Source: a virus. Taken from it: a stretch of DNA of 64,000 nucleotides. Location of the stretch: IMG/VR virus record IMGVR_UViG_3300027756_000004. One strand, 5' to 3'. Positions within the stretch are counted from its first letter, which is position 1. Each line of letters starts with the position of its first letter. This document shows positions 48,264 to 57,289 of the stretch, one piece after another. Below the pieces are notes generated by a model that was given only the letters and a program-made list of their open reading frames with translations, had not been told where the DNA came from and made no database searches. A program made the translations under genes and the position numbers.

Positions 48264-48596
48264 ATGGGAAGATACATATCAACAACCGGAACCGCTGGCA
48301 TAGTGATCAGAGAAGTTACGACCACTTATCAAGCAGTGGTAAATGATAGAATTTTAGCAAACAGCTCAGCTGGTGCTTTTACTATCACTTTGCCTCTGAA
48401 TGCAAGTTTGTTGAACAATGACACCATTCAAATCATAGATGTTGGCAGTGCTGCAGGCACCAACAACATCACCGTGGCTAGAAATGGTTCATTAATCAAC
48501 GGTGCAGCTGATAATTTAACAATTGACTTGAATCAAGCAATTGTGACTTTGATCTACACAGGGGTTACTAACGGTTGGATTGTGGGCGCAGTATAA
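48264..48596 (+). CDS. Short fibre-module protein (T4 proximal-fibre repeat-like)
   Basis: NSSAGAFTITLP......DTIQIID......NNITVARNG..ING...NL.ID......LIY.....GW repeat unit; ATAAATA at 48234-48240. Confidence 0.7.
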   Translation: MGRYISTTGTAGIVIREVTTTYQAVVNDRILANSSAGAFTITLPLNASLLNNDTIQIIDVGSAAGTNNITVARNGSLINGAADNLTIDLNQAIVTLIYTGVTNGWIVGAV

Positions 48597-48647
48597 TATA
48601 AAAATAAATTTTATACAGCATCACATACCAGAAAAGGATTTGAAAGA

Positions 48648-49631
48648 ATGGCAAGTTTAAAAACACTCACTGCAACTAAGAGATCTGACTTTCCACAGGT
48701 CACCGAAACCAATGTGGAAGCTGGACAAATCTTTCACTTTTCCATGGGAGCCAACTTTGAAGTTTTCAACAATGGTATCTGTTTCAAACCCTGTCAATCA
48801 GGCACAGCCATAATTGAATTGTGGGGAGCTGGAGGATCAGCTGCTCAAATGTGTTGTTGCGGATTTGGTCTGCCAGGCAATCCAGGTGCTTATGCACGCA
48901 AAACTGTAGTTTTATCATGCTGTGGATACATCTCTGGACAAGTAGGAAATTCATGTGGCAATTCAAGCGCACTGTGTTTTAGAGGATGTGGAGATGCCAC
49001 AGGCGTAACTTATTATCCCATTGGCACAGGTGCAGGACAAGGTTGTGTGTGTGCTCAGGGTGGTAGAGGTGGAATTTCTTATTGCAGCACAGGCACCAAT
49101 GCCTATTGCTGTTTTTTATCAGGCGCATTTTATAGCAGTATAGGTTTAGATGGCAACTGCGGCATTGTGTGCAACAAATGCTGTTCAGGTGGATGGTGTG
49201 CTCAGTCCTACGGTGGAGATTTAAATTGTCCAGGTGGATTCAGTTGTGTGAGTTTCCTTGGAGCATCAGGCAGTTCATGTCCTTGTCAATCAAATGTTCA
49301 CGTGCAAGGTCCTGCAGGATATTTTTCCAAATGCGGAGTAGTGGTATCTTACAATTCAGATGACGGCAATGGTTTTGCCAACTGGTCAGGTCAAGGCAGA
49401 GGTCAGTATGCTCAAGCATTGGCAGCTGCCAGCAGATGGCCACAAATGGGAGCTCAAATGGCCACTTGTTGGGGATTTTCAGGCAATTGTGGTTGTTATG
49501 AAAATGAAGGATGTCAACATCTATTACCGCCAGGATTTCCTGGGGGAATACCACACCCATGCCCAGGCGTGAGAGATCACGCACAGCGAGGTGGTATGGG
49601 AGCAATCAGAATTAAATGGATAGCAGGATAA
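48648..49631 (+). CDS. Cys/Gly-rich putative fibre-tip protein 1
   Basis: ~30 Cys in 327 aa (manual count); IELWGAGG...MCCCG.GLPGNPGAY and C-terminal GG.G.IRI.W glycine-rich-domain motifs. Confidence 0.75.
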   Translation: MASLKTLTATKRSDFPQVTETNVEAGQIFHFSMGANFEVFNNGICFKPCQSGTAIIELWGAGGSAAQMCCCGFGLPGNPGAYARKTVVLSCCGYISGQVGNSCGNSSALCFRGCGDATGVTYYPIGTGAGQGCVCAQGGRGGISYCSTGTNAYCCFLSGAFYSSIGLDGNCGIVCNKCCSGGWCAQSYGGDLNCPGGFSCVSFLGASGSSCPCQSNVHVQGPAGYFSKCGVVVSYNSDDGNGFANWSGQGRGQYAQALAAASRWPQMGAQMATCWGFSGNCGCYENEGCQHLLPPGFPGGIPHPCPGVRDHAQRGGMGAIRIKWIAG

Positions 49632-49635
49632 TCAT

Positions 49636-50634
49636 ATGCCAACACTGAGATCATTGATAGAAACTAAATTAGCATTCCAGTTGCAAGGATTGGAATCAAA
49701 CGTAGAAGAAGGCAGAATTTGGGCTTATTCTCCCGGCACAGCAGTGGGCACTAACTTTCATTGCGGTGTGTGTTGGATATCACCAGGCACAGGCACAGCT
49801 ACCATAGAGATATGGGGAGCAGGTGGATCTGGAGCAAAAATGTGTTGCTGCGGATTTGGTCTGCCAGGCAATCCAGGTGCTTACTCCAGTAGAACTGTCA
49901 GTGTGACAGTGGGCTGCTGCATCAGAGGTCAAACAGGAATAAGCTGTGGTAACTCAGACGATTTATGCTACAGAGGCAGATCTGAAAGCACGGGTATCTG
50001 CTGGCAAGGCAACGGCACCAACGGATGTATGTGTGCAGAAGGTGGTCAAGGTGGATACAGCTATTGTTCTACCACTCCATCAGCCTATTGCTGCTTTGGA
50101 GCCAACGGATTTTGCAACACAAAAACAGCAGGTGAAAACTGCGGAATTATTTGTAACTACAGAGGCGCGGGCTGTGCCATTCACCAAGCTCAATCATACG
50201 GCGGCACTTGCAACATGGCAGGTGGATTCAGCTGTGTGAGTTTCTTTGGATGTTTGCCCACATGTCCTTGTGCATTCTGGTATCACATGAGAACTCCACC
50301 CAAAATGTATGCAGACTGTGGAGCATGGGTCACATACACCAACGATGTGGACAATGGAGCCTATAACTGGAGCGGTGGATCATTGTATGGTTATATTCAC
50401 ACTTTAGGATTGGTTTCTAGAAATCCAACACATGGTGGAAACTATTCAGCCTGTTGGACTGGAAATAGATATTGCGGTTGCTACAACATGAACGGTTGCA
50501 TAGCGTTTGTGCCTCCTGGTCATGGTGGACCACCACCACATCCATGTCCAGATGTGAGAGATCATGCCTACCGAGGTGGTCATGGTATAATTAGAATTAA
50601 ATACGTGGGAACAGGATATTTGGGGTTAAACTAA
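49636..50634 (+). CDS. Cys/Gly-rich putative fibre-tip protein 2
   Basis: ~30 Cys in 332 aa; colinear paralog of 48648 and 50634. Confidence 0.75.
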   Translation: MPTLRSLIETKLAFQLQGLESNVEEGRIWAYSPGTAVGTNFHCGVCWISPGTGTATIEIWGAGGSGAKMCCCGFGLPGNPGAYSSRTVSVTVGCCIRGQTGISCGNSDDLCYRGRSESTGICWQGNGTNGCMCAEGGQGGYSYCSTTPSAYCCFGANGFCNTKTAGENCGIICNYRGAGCAIHQAQSYGGTCNMAGGFSCVSFFGCLPTCPCAFWYHMRTPPKMYADCGAWVTYTNDVDNGAYNWSGGSLYGYIHTLGLVSRNPTHGGNYSACWTGNRYCGCYNMNGCIAFVPPGHGGPPPHPCPDVRDHAYRGGHGIIRIKYVGTGYLGLN

Positions 50635-51596
50635 TGCCAGGATTAAAAAGTATATTAGCAAGTAGAGTCAGTTACGAAGTGGTTGAAACCAACCTAGAAC
50701 AAGGTGTGATTTATGCCTTTTCACCCGGCACATTCTACACACAATACTGCAACGGCTTCTGTTGGAAGCCACCAGCTGCAGGTTGTGCCATTGTGGAGCT
50801 TTGGGGCGCAGGTGGATCTGGATCTCGTATGTGTTGTTGTGGTGGAGGACTGCCCGGCAATGCAGGCGCTTACGCTAGAAAAAGTATTGAAGTGGACACT
50901 GCCAACTTTGTGTGTGGCTGTGTGGGTTTCCCTCGCTACGCACACGATTTATGTTTTTCAGGTTGTGGTGATCCCAGCACAATATGTTGGACTAGCACCA
51001 CTGCCAACGGTTGTTTGTGTAGTAGAGGTGGCCGAGGTGGCACCAGTTTTTGCAGCACCAGCACCAGCATGTGGTGTTGTTTTTATGCCAATGGATTTTG
51101 CGGATTTGGACCCATCAATGACCACTGCGGTATTTTGTGCAATCATTGTGCAGGAGGTTGGGAAGCACTGGCCTATGGCGGTGACATCAACTGTTGCGGC
51201 ACCATTGGATGTTCAACTTTCCTAGGTTGTTATCCCACTTGTCCTTGTCAAACCATTCACCATGCGCCTCTGCCAGCTTACATGTTTGCAGAAAAAGGTG
51301 CTAGAGTGAGTTTTCAAACCAATGATGGTGGTATACACAATAGTGGTATGTCAGGCAGTCAGTTGCCCAGTTATTTTGGAGCGTTGGCAGGAGTCAACAA
51401 ACAGCCCACCAGAGGATCTTTCAACAGCTATTGCTGGAGATCAGACAGATCCTGCGGCTGTTATGAAATGCAAGGCTGTTCAGCTTACTTGCCTATTGGA
51501 GCAGGTGGACTGCCTCCACAACCATGTCCAGATGTGAGAGATCACGGAATCAGAGGCGGCTGGGGCGGCATGCGTATCAGATTTATTGCTTCTTAA
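50634..51596 (+). CDS. Cys/Gly-rich putative fibre-tip protein 3
   Basis: ~31 Cys in 320 aa; same MCCCG, C.C..GG.GG.S.CS, CPC, CGCY...GC, PCP.VRDH motifs. Confidence 0.75.
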   Translation: MPGLKSILASRVSYEVVETNLEQGVIYAFSPGTFYTQYCNGFCWKPPAAGCAIVELWGAGGSGSRMCCCGGGLPGNAGAYARKSIEVDTANFVCGCVGFPRYAHDLCFSGCGDPSTICWTSTTANGCLCSRGGRGGTSFCSTSTSMWCCFYANGFCGFGPINDHCGILCNHCAGGWEALAYGGDINCCGTIGCSTFLGCYPTCPCQTIHHAPLPAYMFAEKGARVSFQTNDGGIHNSGMSGSQLPSYFGALAGVNKQPTRGSFNSYCWRSDRSCGCYEMQGCSAYLPIGAGGLPPQPCPDVRDHGIRGGWGGMRIRFIAS

Positions 51597-51641
51597 TGAT
51601 ATATGTTGATAAATACACTAAATAGTAACAAGGAATAAAAT

Positions 51642-52295
51642 ATGATAACAAAAAATTTTACAATACCTTTGGCAGATGAACCCTATGTGGACACCACTGC
51701 ACTCAATAACACATATGCAGCCACTTATAAAGGTCCAAAATATATAAAAGTTGCCATTGACAGCACAAGTAAAGTTGTTGAAAGAGTAGTATCATCAGCT
51801 GACACCATGGCTGAACTTGATCAAATGTTCACACCTACAGAAGCCAATCATACCTATCATGTGATGGATGCATCAACGCACACTTTTGAAGCAGCATATC
51901 TCACTGGCATGTATGACACAGGTCCTGTAGAAAATTACACAGAAACTTTACCTACCAGAAATGCCGCGGGTGAATTTGAAACTTTTACTTATGGTTGGGA
52001 TGACAACACAGGCATGATTCAACAACAATATTTTATTTTAGATATGAAATATGAAAACGGTAATTTTGTAAGACCTAGATTTAGAGTACATGCATTAACC
52101 AGAGCGAGTTTCTTAGCATCAATGCAAGTGCAAATTGCCTCTATCACCACAGCTTTAGAAAGCAATCAAGAATTGACAGATGAAGCAAGAGGCCAATTAG
52201 AGACCTATAAAACTTGGTTAGAAAATCTTCCAGTAAAGTATGCAAACGTAAAACATTGGAAAATTCCATTCGTTTTGCCAGTACCAACATACTAA
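51642..52295 (+). CDS. Tail fibre assembly chaperone-like protein
   Basis: Follows the fibre-tip genes; C-terminal L.TYK.WL.NLP..Y......KIPF..P.P resembles the Tfa-type 'W..YRQ.LRDLP' motif; ATAAATA at 51609-51615. Confidence 0.55.
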   Translation: MITKNFTIPLADEPYVDTTALNNTYAATYKGPKYIKVAIDSTSKVVERVVSSADTMAELDQMFTPTEANHTYHVMDASTHTFEAAYLTGMYDTGPVENYTETLPTRNAAGEFETFTYGWDDNTGMIQQQYFILDMKYENGNFVRPRFRVHALTRASFLASMQVQIASITTALESNQELTDEARGQLETYKTWLENLPVKYANVKHWKIPFVLPVPTY

Positions 52296-52364
52296 ATCAA
52301 GAATAATTCATCCATACATATACGTTGATATATAATAACGTGTGTAAGCTCACACCATTTATAT

Positions 52365-53309
52365 ATGAATAGATCCAAAGCATTTTTCCTCAATGGTGGC
52401 ATAGGTAGAATCCTATGTGCTATTCCTGCATTAGAAAAATATGCAGAAGAATCATCAGATAAAGATTTTTTGGTAATCTGTGAAGGTGCAGTGGACATAC
52501 TAAAAGGCCATCCTTTGCTGGATAAAAAAACTTACGATATATTTCATAAAAATTTATTTCATTCCAAACTGCAGAGTAAAGATGTGGTGAGTTTAGAACC
52601 ATACAGAGTATGGGAATACTATAATCAAAAATGTAATCTATCACAAGCCTTTGACATCTTGATCAACAACAAAGGAGTGCGATCTTTGCCCAAACCCACA
52701 GTGGTGCTCAGCAAAGAAGAAATTGCACAAGGACAAAAAGTAATAGATGAGATCAAAACTAAAATTAAAAAAGAAAAAACAATTGTTTTTCAACCATTTG
52801 GTAGAGGCGTAGAACACATTGATAAAACTATTATAGATAAAACAGGACGCAGTCTTGAATACAAAGATGTAAAAAAACTTATCGGGAAGTTGCAAAAAGA
52901 AGGTTTTGCAGTAATACTGATGTCTGAGTTTGGATTGGAACTTAAGAATCAAAACTACACAGATGAAGTTGCTATGCCTGAAGGGTTAAATCTTAGACAG
53001 TGGACTTCAGTAATCAAACATGCAGATCATTTCTTTGGATGTGACAGTGTAGGACAACATTTAGCATATATTGTTGGCACTCCTAGCACAGTGGTGTTGG
53101 GTCCTACATATCCCATCAACACCAGTTATCCCGAATGTGAATATTTTAATATCATGGACATGGGAGAGGTAGACCGAGAATATGATCCTATTAGAATTAC
53201 TATGGATGAAAGAATCTCTCGTAAAAACGAGATCCTCATGTCCATGAATGAAGAAATAGAAGATTATGCAATCAATACTATCATGGGAAGAAACAAAGAT
53301 GACAAGTAA
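52365..53309 (+). CDS. GT-B glycosyltransferase, GT9 (heptosyltransferase)-like #1
   Basis: NGGIGR.LCAIPAL, IVFQPFG, LRQW..VIK.AD.F.GCDSVGQHLA..VG.PS.VV.GPT match GT9 'GGIGD', 'QP.' and 'DSG..HLA.A.G.P.V..FGPT' motifs. Confidence 0.75.
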   Translation: MNRSKAFFLNGGIGRILCAIPALEKYAEESSDKDFLVICEGAVDILKGHPLLDKKTYDIFHKNLFHSKLQSKDVVSLEPYRVWEYYNQKCNLSQAFDILINNKGVRSLPKPTVVLSKEEIAQGQKVIDEIKTKIKKEKTIVFQPFGRGVEHIDKTIIDKTGRSLEYKDVKKLIGKLQKEGFAVILMSEFGLELKNQNYTDEVAMPEGLNLRQWTSVIKHADHFFGCDSVGQHLAYIVGTPSTVVLGPTYPINTSYPECEYFNIMDMGEVDREYDPIRITMDERISRKNEILMSMNEEIEDYAINTIMGRNKDDK

Positions 53310-55110
53310 AACATCAGGATACATTGCTGCCATAGCACGTGGTCACAATAGCGGAGTGTGTCTATTAAAAGATGGCAAGGTAGTTTTTTCTATTGAGGAA
53401 GAAAGATTAAGCAGAGCAAAATACGATGGAGGTCCTTTTGCATCCATGGTTGAAATATTGAAATATACTGATAAGATAGATTATCTTGTGGTCGCACACA
53501 CTCAAAAAATTAAAGACACAGCAGGTCGTATTGATTTCACCGGAGATGACGTGTACACTGGATTAGCAAGAAAATTAGGGTTAATAAATCGTCAAGCAGA
53601 TGTGATGAATCATCCCCAAGTGGTTGATCTAAGTCATGTGCATCACAAACTACATGCTGCTTGTGCTTTTTATAGATCAGGTTGGGACAGTGCAGTCAGC
53701 GTAATAGTAGATGGAGCTGGCACTTTCCTTGGCATAAACAATAGTTTGCAAGGTCCGATTACTGTGTGGGAAGTTGAATCTATTATAGATTGTGCGTATC
53801 CAGCTAAATTTAAATCATTGTACAAACACTATGGTACTAGAGAACCAGTGCTAGGTTGCGTGCTGAAAAATTTTCCTTCAGAGATTACAGATGAATCTGG
53901 TCAAACTCATGAAGCAGTGTTCAGCGATCGAGCTGGCATTGTGAAAGTGTATGAAGCAGTTACACAATATTGTGGATTTATGCCTATTGAGGCTGGAAAA
54001 ACAATGGGATTGTTTCCTTATGGTAAACCCAATCATAAAATTCCTAAATTATTTGAAACTGATTCTTTAGTAGAACTATCAAATAGAAATTTGATATTAC
54101 CCACCTATCCTAACGCTGCTTTAGTGAACTCACAATTATTTGATTTTTTAGAGGATCCTACAGGAGTGCAGCAAGAAGATGTAACCAAGTTAGAAAACCG
54201 TAGAGACTTAGCCTATGCTTGTCAGTTAGAAACTCAAGCTCAAGTTTTAAAATTAATTCGCAAGGCAGTAGCAATGACTAATAATAAAAAAGTAGTGCTA
54301 TCAGGAGGCTATGGATTGAATTGTGTAGCAAATTACTATTATTTAGAACATCTAAGAAAAGACGGAGTTGAATTGTATGTTGAACCCATATCTAATGATG
54401 CTGGTACAGCAATGGGAGCAGCATTACTGTTTTATCATCAAATATTTGCAGACAAGACTCCTAAAGTTCATGATACATTGTATCTAGGTCCCGATAAAGA
54501 ATATAGTATTACAGATATTGAAAGCACAATCAAAACTAATCCTAAAATTTTTATGAGTGAAGCCACACACAAAGATATTGTAAAGCTCTTAAGAGCTAAA
54601 AATATTGTAGCAATATTTCAAGGCAAATCTGAAAACGGTCCAAGAGCATTGGGTAACAGATCCATTTTGTTTGATCCAACATTCAAGGATGGCAAAGATT
54701 TTGTTAATATTATAAAAAAGAGAGAATACTTTAGACCATTTGCTGGCACAGTGTTACAAGATGATGTGCATGATTGGTTTGATTTGCGTGGTATGAAAGA
54801 TTCTCCATTTATGATGTATGCTGTAAATTGCCAACCAGGAGTGGCTGAAAAAATTCCTTCAATTATCCATGTGGATGGTACTTGTAGAATACAAACCGTC
54901 ACAGAAAAACAGAATAAACATTACTATGATCTTATAAAACAATTTAAAGAAGAAACAGGTATACCTATATTGTTCAATACTTCATTTAATTTAGGAGGAG
55001 AGCCTTTGGTAGAAAGTTTTGATGATGCGATTAGAACATTAGAAAATTCTAAAATTGAATATCTATATCTTCCTGAACACGGCAAGCTAATTCACATAGC
55101 AAACAACTAA
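53299..55110 (+). CDS. Carbamoyltransferase, NodU/CmcH/TobZ family
   Basis: GHNSGVCLL.DG.....EEERLSR.KYDG, HHKLHA..AFY.S, VDGAG, EAGKTMGL.PYG, LSGGYGLNCVAN, DAGTAMGAA, E.GPRALGNRSIL, KKREYFRPFA, HVDGTCRIQTV, NTSFNLGGEPLV; start set at ATG 53299. Confidence 0.95.
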   Translation: MTSKTSGYIAAIARGHNSGVCLLKDGKVVFSIEEERLSRAKYDGGPFASMVEILKYTDKIDYLVVAHTQKIKDTAGRIDFTGDDVYTGLARKLGLINRQADVMNHPQVVDLSHVHHKLHAACAFYRSGWDSAVSVIVDGAGTFLGINNSLQGPITVWEVESIIDCAYPAKFKSLYKHYGTREPVLGCVLKNFPSEITDESGQTHEAVFSDRAGIVKVYEAVTQYCGFMPIEAGKTMGLFPYGKPNHKIPKLFETDSLVELSNRNLILPTYPNAALVNSQLFDFLEDPTGVQQEDVTKLENRRDLAYACQLETQAQVLKLIRKAVAMTNNKKVVLSGGYGLNCVANYYYLEHLRKDGVELYVEPISNDAGTAMGAALLFYHQIFADKTPKVHDTLYLGPDKEYSITDIESTIKTNPKIFMSEATHKDIVKLLRAKNIVAIFQGKSENGPRALGNRSILFDPTFKDGKDFVNIIKKREYFRPFAGTVLQDDVHDWFDLRGMKDSPFMMYAVNCQPGVAEKIPSIIHVDGTCRIQTVTEKQNKHYYDLIKQFKEETGIPILFNTSFNLGGEPLVESFDDAIRTLENSKIEYLYLPEHGKLIHIANN

Positions 55111-55111
55111 T

Positions 55112-56062
55112 ATGAACAAAGCATTTTTTATAAATGGTGGAGCTGGAAGAACTCTATGTTCAGTGTCAGCATTAGAGAATTATGCCATAGATAACCCCAA
55201 TGACGATTTTATTATTGTGTGTGAAGGCGGCACAGATTTTTACAAAGGGCATCCTAAACTGCATTTCAGATCCTATGATGTATGGCATAAAAATTTATTC
55301 AATGAATATCTAAAAGATAGACAATTAATTACACCTGAACCTTACAGAATTTGGGAATATTACAATCAAAAATGTAGTATAGCTCAAGCATATGATATAG
55401 AAATTAATAACAAAGGCATAAGAAAGTTAGAAATTCCTAAAATATTTTTGTCTAAAGAAGAATTAATCATGGCTAGACAGATGATTAATGAAGTGAAAGA
55501 AAAAACTAAAAAAGAAAAAGTAATTGTGTTCCAACCTTTTGGACGTGTATCTAAAAAAGATAACGAGGACTTTGTAGATGTTAGTGGTAGAAGTTTTGAG
55601 ATAGAAAATACCATGAGTTTAATAAGACAATTGGGCAAACAGTATGGCATTATATTGATGTCTGAATACGCAATTGATTTTGCCAAATATCAAATTAATT
55701 TTCCTATCGCCGCTCCTCAACAAGTGCATGTAAGGGTATGGAGTGCAGTGATCAAAATGTGTGATCATTTTTTAGGTTGTGACAGCTTGGGTCAACATAT
55801 AGCAAATGCATTTGACAAGACTGCCACAGTAGTATTTGGATCAACTTTTCCAGAAAACGTATCATACCCTGCCAACAACAAATTTGATATCATCGACATG
55901 AATAAAGACAATAGAATTTATAGTCCTATACGTATTACCATGGATGAATACGCAGATCGAGCCAATGAAGATGCTATGAAGATGGATAAAGAAGTAGAAA
56001 ACAGAATAGTACAATCTGTTCAAAGCATGATCAAACATGGTCAAAAGAAGATTAAAAAATAA
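55112..56062 (+). CDS. GT-B glycosyltransferase, GT9-like #2 (paralog of 52365)
   Basis: Colinear with 52365: AFFINGGAGR, EPYRIWEYYNQKC, FQPFGR, GCDSLGQHIA, Y.PIRITMDE. Confidence 0.75.
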   Translation: MNKAFFINGGAGRTLCSVSALENYAIDNPNDDFIIVCEGGTDFYKGHPKLHFRSYDVWHKNLFNEYLKDRQLITPEPYRIWEYYNQKCSIAQAYDIEINNKGIRKLEIPKIFLSKEELIMARQMINEVKEKTKKEKVIVFQPFGRVSKKDNEDFVDVSGRSFEIENTMSLIRQLGKQYGIILMSEYAIDFAKYQINFPIAAPQQVHVRVWSAVIKMCDHFLGCDSLGQHIANAFDKTATVVFGSTFPENVSYPANNKFDIIDMNKDNRIYSPIRITMDEYADRANEDAMKMDKEVENRIVQSVQSMIKHGQKKIKK

Positions 56063-56086
56063 TACAATTTACAGGTAAATACACAC

Positions 56087-56503
56087 ATGTTCAATGTAAA
56101 CAACTTGTTTGGCAAGGGCGTAAAAAACACTTTACTGTTAAAAAACGGTTTGAATTTTTCAGTGGGAGGACCATTCATAAGCATCCAAACAGACACTTTA
56201 ATAGATAGATGGCAATTCACATCTGTGTCAGCTGCTGAATATACTCTAATGGTAGACTATGATACCAACAACAAAGAAATTATAAGATGTTTACTGGTAG
56301 GTGGGCCAAATGCTGCCACTGTGACCATATACGGTCGTGGCAATCTTGGTAATGAACTAATCAATCTCACAGCCACAGTGAATGACTCATATGTGGAACT
56401 GAAAGCCACCCCAGCACAAGGCGCCGACAGCACTGTATACAGTGGTTCCAAATGCATATTTCAAGCCACGTATTTTGAAACTTTGAATCCTATCACACGC
56501 TAA
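56087..56503 (+). CDS. Hypothetical virion protein
   Basis: 138 aa; ID.W......AEY...V......E....L........T.YG beta-sandwich pattern; GTAAATA 5 nt before ATG. Confidence 0.65.
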   Translation: MFNVNNLFGKGVKNTLLLKNGLNFSVGGPFISIQTDTLIDRWQFTSVSAAEYTLMVDYDTNNKEIIRCLLVGGPNAATVTIYGRGNLGNELINLTATVNDSYVELKATPAQGADSTVYSGSKCIFQATYFETLNPITR

Positions 56504-56547
56504 AATACCAGCTGGCCTTAGATAAATACACTAAAAATTAGACATTT

Positions 56548-57255
56548 ATGCCAGTAGTCAATAATCCATTAAAGTCGTTGTATGGCTTTCAAAGCCCTTC
56601 ATTCAGTGTGAATGCTGCTGGTAATCTTGTGGCTGTTGATGTCACTGTGAACAACATCACAGCCAACGATATTACGGCCGATGATATCACAATCGATCAA
56701 GCAAGCACCACAACATTGTTAGTGGGCGCTGCTACCAATTTACTGGGTACTCTTGCAGTGGCAGGAGTATCGACTTTTACAAACACCACTGCTGCGCAAA
56801 GTTTAAACATTGCTGCTGTAAAGATAGCAGGAGGAGTAGCCATTCAAAATAATTTGTTGGTCAACGCTAATAGCACATTCAACAATGACTTGACCATAGG
56901 TGAAGATTTAACAGTGCAAAACAATATTCAGGTCAATGATTCATTGATCACTGATCGCATCACTACCATTAACGATGGCAGCACATTGACAGATTTATTG
57001 ATCCAACCTGTGAGAAACGTTATTTTTAAAACTGCTGGTAATAACACAGAATTAGGCAGAATAGATGCCACAGGATCTACTGTGCCGGTGAAAAATACCA
57101 GTATCAACAACACCAGTATAGGACTCACAGTGGCCAGCACTGCTGCATTCGTAAGCGGCACCGTGGTCAACACTCCTACAGCAGCCAATAATATCACTAG
57201 AAAAGACTATGTGGATCGTACAGCCGTGGCTTTCTCCGTGGCTTTAGGGGGATAG
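56548..57255 (+). CDS. Fibre-like virion protein
   Basis: Beta-stranded Thr/Asn-rich repeats; PT....ITRKDYVD...A.SVALG C-terminus; ATAAATA at 56522-56528. Confidence 0.65.
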   Translation: MPVVNNPLKSLYGFQSPSFSVNAAGNLVAVDVTVNNITANDITADDITIDQASTTTLLVGAATNLLGTLAVAGVSTFTNTTAAQSLNIAAVKIAGGVAIQNNLLVNANSTFNNDLTIGEDLTVQNNIQVNDSLITDRITTINDGSTLTDLLIQPVRNVIFKTAGNNTELGRIDATGSTVPVKNTSINNTSIGLTVASTAAFVSGTVVNTPTAANNITRKDYVDRTAVAFSVALGG

Positions 57256-57289
57256 GTAAATACAATGCGCAAACTCAACTTAGTGGAAA

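Noticed and set aside
48648-51596. Multiheme c-type cytochromes linked to the hem genes
   Set aside because: No CxxCH motifs or signal peptides found in any of the three Cys-rich proteins
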